The notes beneath the pieces are model-generated. The model did not search any database. It had not been told where the DNA came from and saw only the letters and a program-made list of their open reading frames with translations. Of a DNA stretch of 64,000 nucleotides, positions 60,889 to 64,000 are shown piece by piece. Position numbers and translations under genes: made by a program. The stretch covers positions 6,313 through 70,312 of the forward strand of contig CAWBFZ010000010.1 of assembly GCA_963788175.1 (NCBI GenBank). Direction: 5' to 3'. How positions within the stretch are numbered: the first letter of the stretch is position 1; each line of letters starts with the position of its first letter. Origin of the DNA: Thermoanaerobaculia bacterium. GTDB taxonomy: Bacteria > Acidobacteriota > Thermoanaerobaculia > Multivoradales > JAGPDF01.

Positions 60889-62299
60889 ATGACCGCGCTC
60901 CGCAGGGCATCGCTTCCGCTGGCTCTCACTCTGGCGCTCCTCGGCATCGGCGCGCCTGCAGCGGCTGCGAACGAGGCGCCGGTCGTCTTCGCGCTCGACG
61001 CGAGCCGTTCGCTCTCCGCCGCCGAGAGCCGGGCCGCGGCCGACCTCGCGAAGGAGCTCCTCGCCGGGACTGCCCGCGACGGCATCGCCCGGACTCCTGG
61101 TCTTCGACGACGAGGTCCGCTGGCTCACCCGTCCGGGCGCGCCCGGAGCCGCAGAGGCGCTCGACGCCATGACCCCGGCAGGCCGCTTCACCGTGCTGAA
61201 TGACGGCCTGATCGAAGGCGTCCGGGCGCTCGCCGACGGCGGTGTCCTGGTGCTGCTCTCCGACGGAAAGGACGAGAACTCGGCGACGACGCTCGAAGAC
61301 GCGGCCCGATTGGCGAGCGAGCGCGGCGTGCGGCTGGTGACCGTCGGTGCAGGACGGGCCGACGAGCGGACACTCCGCCGCCTGGCCCTGCTCACCGGCG
61401 GCTCGTACGCCGGAGCGCTCGGGGCGATCGCCCCTCCGGCGCTGGGACAGGCGATCGAGGCCCTGCGGCGAGAGGTCGCGGCGCAACGCGCGGCGAAGGC
61501 GCCGAAGTTCCAGCAACCGGAGCCCCCGTCGCCCGCGGCCACAGAATCCGCTGCTGCCGCGGCTGCGGCGGCGCGTCCCGCGCCGGACTCGGGCTGGCCG
61601 TCCGCCAGCTGGCTGCTGGCGGTGGGCGCAGCGCTCGCCGCCCTCGGGATCGTGCTCGGCTTCGGCCTGGCCCGGCGCCGCGGTTCGAAACCGGACGGAG
61701 AGCCGTCAGAGCTCGACCGCGGCACCCAGCCGGGAGTTCAGTGGCCGGCCGCGCCGGTCGCCGACGTGCCGCTCACCGGGACGGCGGCCCCGACCGGCCA
61801 CCCCGCCGCCCCCTTCAAGGCGCCGCAGCCGATCGACGAGGTCCAGATCGCGCGCGTCCGGCTGCGCCCCGCGGTTCGCCCGCAGGGCCTGATGGAGATC
61901 TCGCTCGACGAAACCGCCGCCTTTCAGCGCCTGCCGTTTTCGGAGTCGATCGAACGGACGCTCGTCCTGACGGCGGAGGTCGTGCTGACCGTGCGCGAGC
62001 CCGGAAAGGACGCGCGCTCCTACCGTCTGCCTCCCGAGCGCGCCGTCGACATCGGGCGCGACGCGACGCTCAACACGCTCTCGTTCCAGGATCCGACGAT
62101 GTCCACGCAGCACCTGCGCGTGGCCCTCGACGACGACGAGGTCTATCTCGTCGACCTCGGCTCGACCAACGGCGTCCTGGTCGGCGAGCGCCGGGTCGAT
62201 GCGGTCCACCTTCACCCCGGCGACCGCTTCCGCGCCGGGATGATCGAGTTCGAGGTCGGCCTGCACCACGCCAGCATGGGGCGCGTCGAAGGGGCCTGA
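60889..62299 (+). pseudogene. vWA - TM - FHA domain protein (one frameshift near 61085-61095)
   Basis: RBS GAAGGAG precedes ATG 60889. The signal peptide is MTALRRASLPLALTLALLGIGAPAAAA. The vWA MIDAS-like start is VVFALDASRSLS...VLVLLSDGKDEN. The TM segment is WLLAVGAALAALGIVLGFGLA. The C-terminal FHA-like segment is YRLPPERAVDIGRDATLNTLSFQDPTMSTQHLRVALDDDEVYLVDLGSTNGVLVGERRV. The frame changes between ORF 60643..61203 and 61169..62299. Confidence 0.6.
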
Positions 62300-64000
62300 T
62301 TCCGCCGTCAGGCGGTCGAGATCCGGCTTCGCGCCTCGCTACGCCGCGCTGCGCCGGGCGTTGTCGAGCGGGATCTTCACCAGCACCCAGACGATCGCCG
62401 CCGAGCGCCACGAGCGACGCCCAGGCGCCCGGCGGGGCCGGAGACCCAGGCGAACTGCTCGACGCCGAAGAGGCGTGTAGGTGAATCGACTTGAAGCTGC
62501 TCGAGAGCAGCACGATCCCGGCCATCATCACGCCGGTCAGCGACTCGCCGGCGATCAGACCCGGAAGCCACCAACGAGCCGAAGCTGTCGAAGCTCTCGC
62601 CCGGCGATGCCGCGGCGGGCCGCCAGCTTGTCGGCCAGCCACTTGATGCAGCCGCCGACGAAGATCGCGCCGGTGGTCTCGAACGGCAGGTACATGCCGA
62701 CCGCGATGAGCGTCGGCGACGGCGCCTTCATCAGGATCAGCGCCAGCGAGAAGCACATGCCGAAGAGGATCAGGCCCCAGGGCATCTCGCCGCCGACGAT
62801 CCCCTGCGCGAGCTGCGCCATGAGGCCGGCCTGCGGCGCCGAGAGCTCCCGGTCGCCGATGCCGATGCCGCCCTGCTTGATGTTCGCCTGGTGCAGCCAG
62901 AGCATCGGGAAGACGAGGACGAAGGCGGTGGTGACGGTGGCGATGATCTCGGCGATCTCCATCTTCTTCGGCGTGCCGCCGAGCAGGTGCCCGACCTTCA
63001 GGTCCTGAATGAGGCTGCCGGAGACGCAGATCGCGCAGCAGACGACCGCCGAGACCCCGAGCACCGCGCCGACGCCCTGCGAGGCCGGTGACGCCGAAGG
63101 CGACCATCAGCAGCGCGGCGAGAATGAGCGCCGAGAGGGTCAGGCCGGAGACCGGCTGGTTCGAGCCGCCCACCAGGCCGACGAGGTAGCCGCCGACCGC
63201 CGAGAGCAGGAAGCCCAACACCAGCATGACCACCGCGGCGACCACGGCGCCGACCAGATTGTGGGTGAAGTTCCAGTAGATCCAGGTCATCGGGATCGTC
63301 AGGCCGACGATGCCGAGCAGGACGCCGCGCGAGTCGAGATCGCGCTCGAGCCGCGACTTCTCGGTCGTCCGGCGTGGCTGCGCTTGAAGGCGCCGGCGAA
63401 CGCCTGCGCGATCGAGGCGCGCATGCCCCACATGGTGTTCGCCGCGCCGACCAGCATCGCGCCGACCGCCACCGGCCGCACGATGTTGTACCAGACCGAG
63501 AAGATCAGCTCGCCCTCGGCCGGCGCGACGCCACCCACCGAGAGCTTGGCGGCGAGTCCGGGATCGAGGAAGAAGGCCAGCGGGATGAAGACCAGCCAGG
63601 CGAGCACGCCGCCCGAGAAGTTGATCGCCGAGAGCTCGAAGCCGATGATGTAGCCGACGCCGATGAGCGCCGGCGAGATCGACGGCGTGGCGAAGGCGAT
63701 CGCGCCCCTGTGCTGCACGTCGCCCAGCGGCACGCGCGACGAGTCGAAGTGGTGGATGACCGAGGCCGGCAGCTGCTTGAAGACCTCGACCGACTCGCGG
63801 AAGAGGCGCAGGCCGGCGCCGTCCTTGAAGATCTGGATGAGCATGCCGAGGCCCATCGCGCCGAAGACGTACTTGGCGCCGGTGGCCCCCGCCTGGCCGG
63901 CGCGGACGATCGCCGCGCAGGCCTTGCTCTCCGGGAACGGCAGCGCCGCCTCGACCGCCAGCGTCCGCCGCAGGAGGGTGATGAACAGGACGCCGAGGAT
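62300..64000 (-). pseudogene. OPT-family oligopeptide transporter, 5' end beyond the window, frameshifted
   Basis: Polytopic membrane protein pieces on the minus strand in three frames (ORFs 62070..63431, 62555..63064, 63299..63856). LKVGHLLGGTPKKMEIAEIIATVT, GMYLPFETTGAIFVGG and LGMLIQIFKDGAGL are typical OPT-family segments. Confidence 0.45.

Overview
This is a 64 kb window of a bacterial chromosome with very high GC (about 70%). The gene content (Ser/Thr kinases fused to TolB/PD40-type beta-propellers, CRTAC1/ASPIC-TPR proteins, a long isocitrate lyase) suggests an Acidobacteriota-like or Gemmatimonadota-like diderm soil organism; this guess is low confidence.

Roughly the first 32.7 kb is one array of at least ten paralogous receptor-type Ser/Thr kinases. 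Each has an N-terminal cytoplasmic kinase domain, a single transmembrane helix and a C-terminal TolB/PD40-like beta-propeller. Nine are on the + strand, often with 1-20 nt gaps or ATGA overlaps; one divergent copy is on the - strand. Two copies carry a 1-nt frameshift, and two short kinase-gene remnants are present. Four two-gene toxin-antitoxin-like cassettes sit between kinase genes: two VapB/VapC, one RHH/PIN, and one small protein plus a nucleotidyltransferase.

The second half encodes an epimerase-like protein and three CRTAC1/ASPIC-UnbV plus TPR genes (one intact, two badly frameshifted) flanking a frameshifted multiheme cytochrome c. It also carries a secreted-protein operon (standalone proprotein-convertase P-domain protein, parvulin-like PPIase, CRTAC1), a sortase next to an LPHTAS-type substrate with an (AP)n linker, a glyoxylate-shunt operon (malate synthase and long isocitrate lyase) beside a Crp/Fnr regulator and a RIC/YtfE di-iron protein, a large multidomain extracellular nuclease ending in an IPTL-CTERM-like sorting signal, a vWA-TM-FHA protein, and a partial OPT-family transporter.

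Many reading frames outside the kinase array are broken by single-base indels. This is either real gene decay or, more likely in part, assembly/sequencing indel error. No rRNA, tRNA or CRISPR array was recognised by eye.
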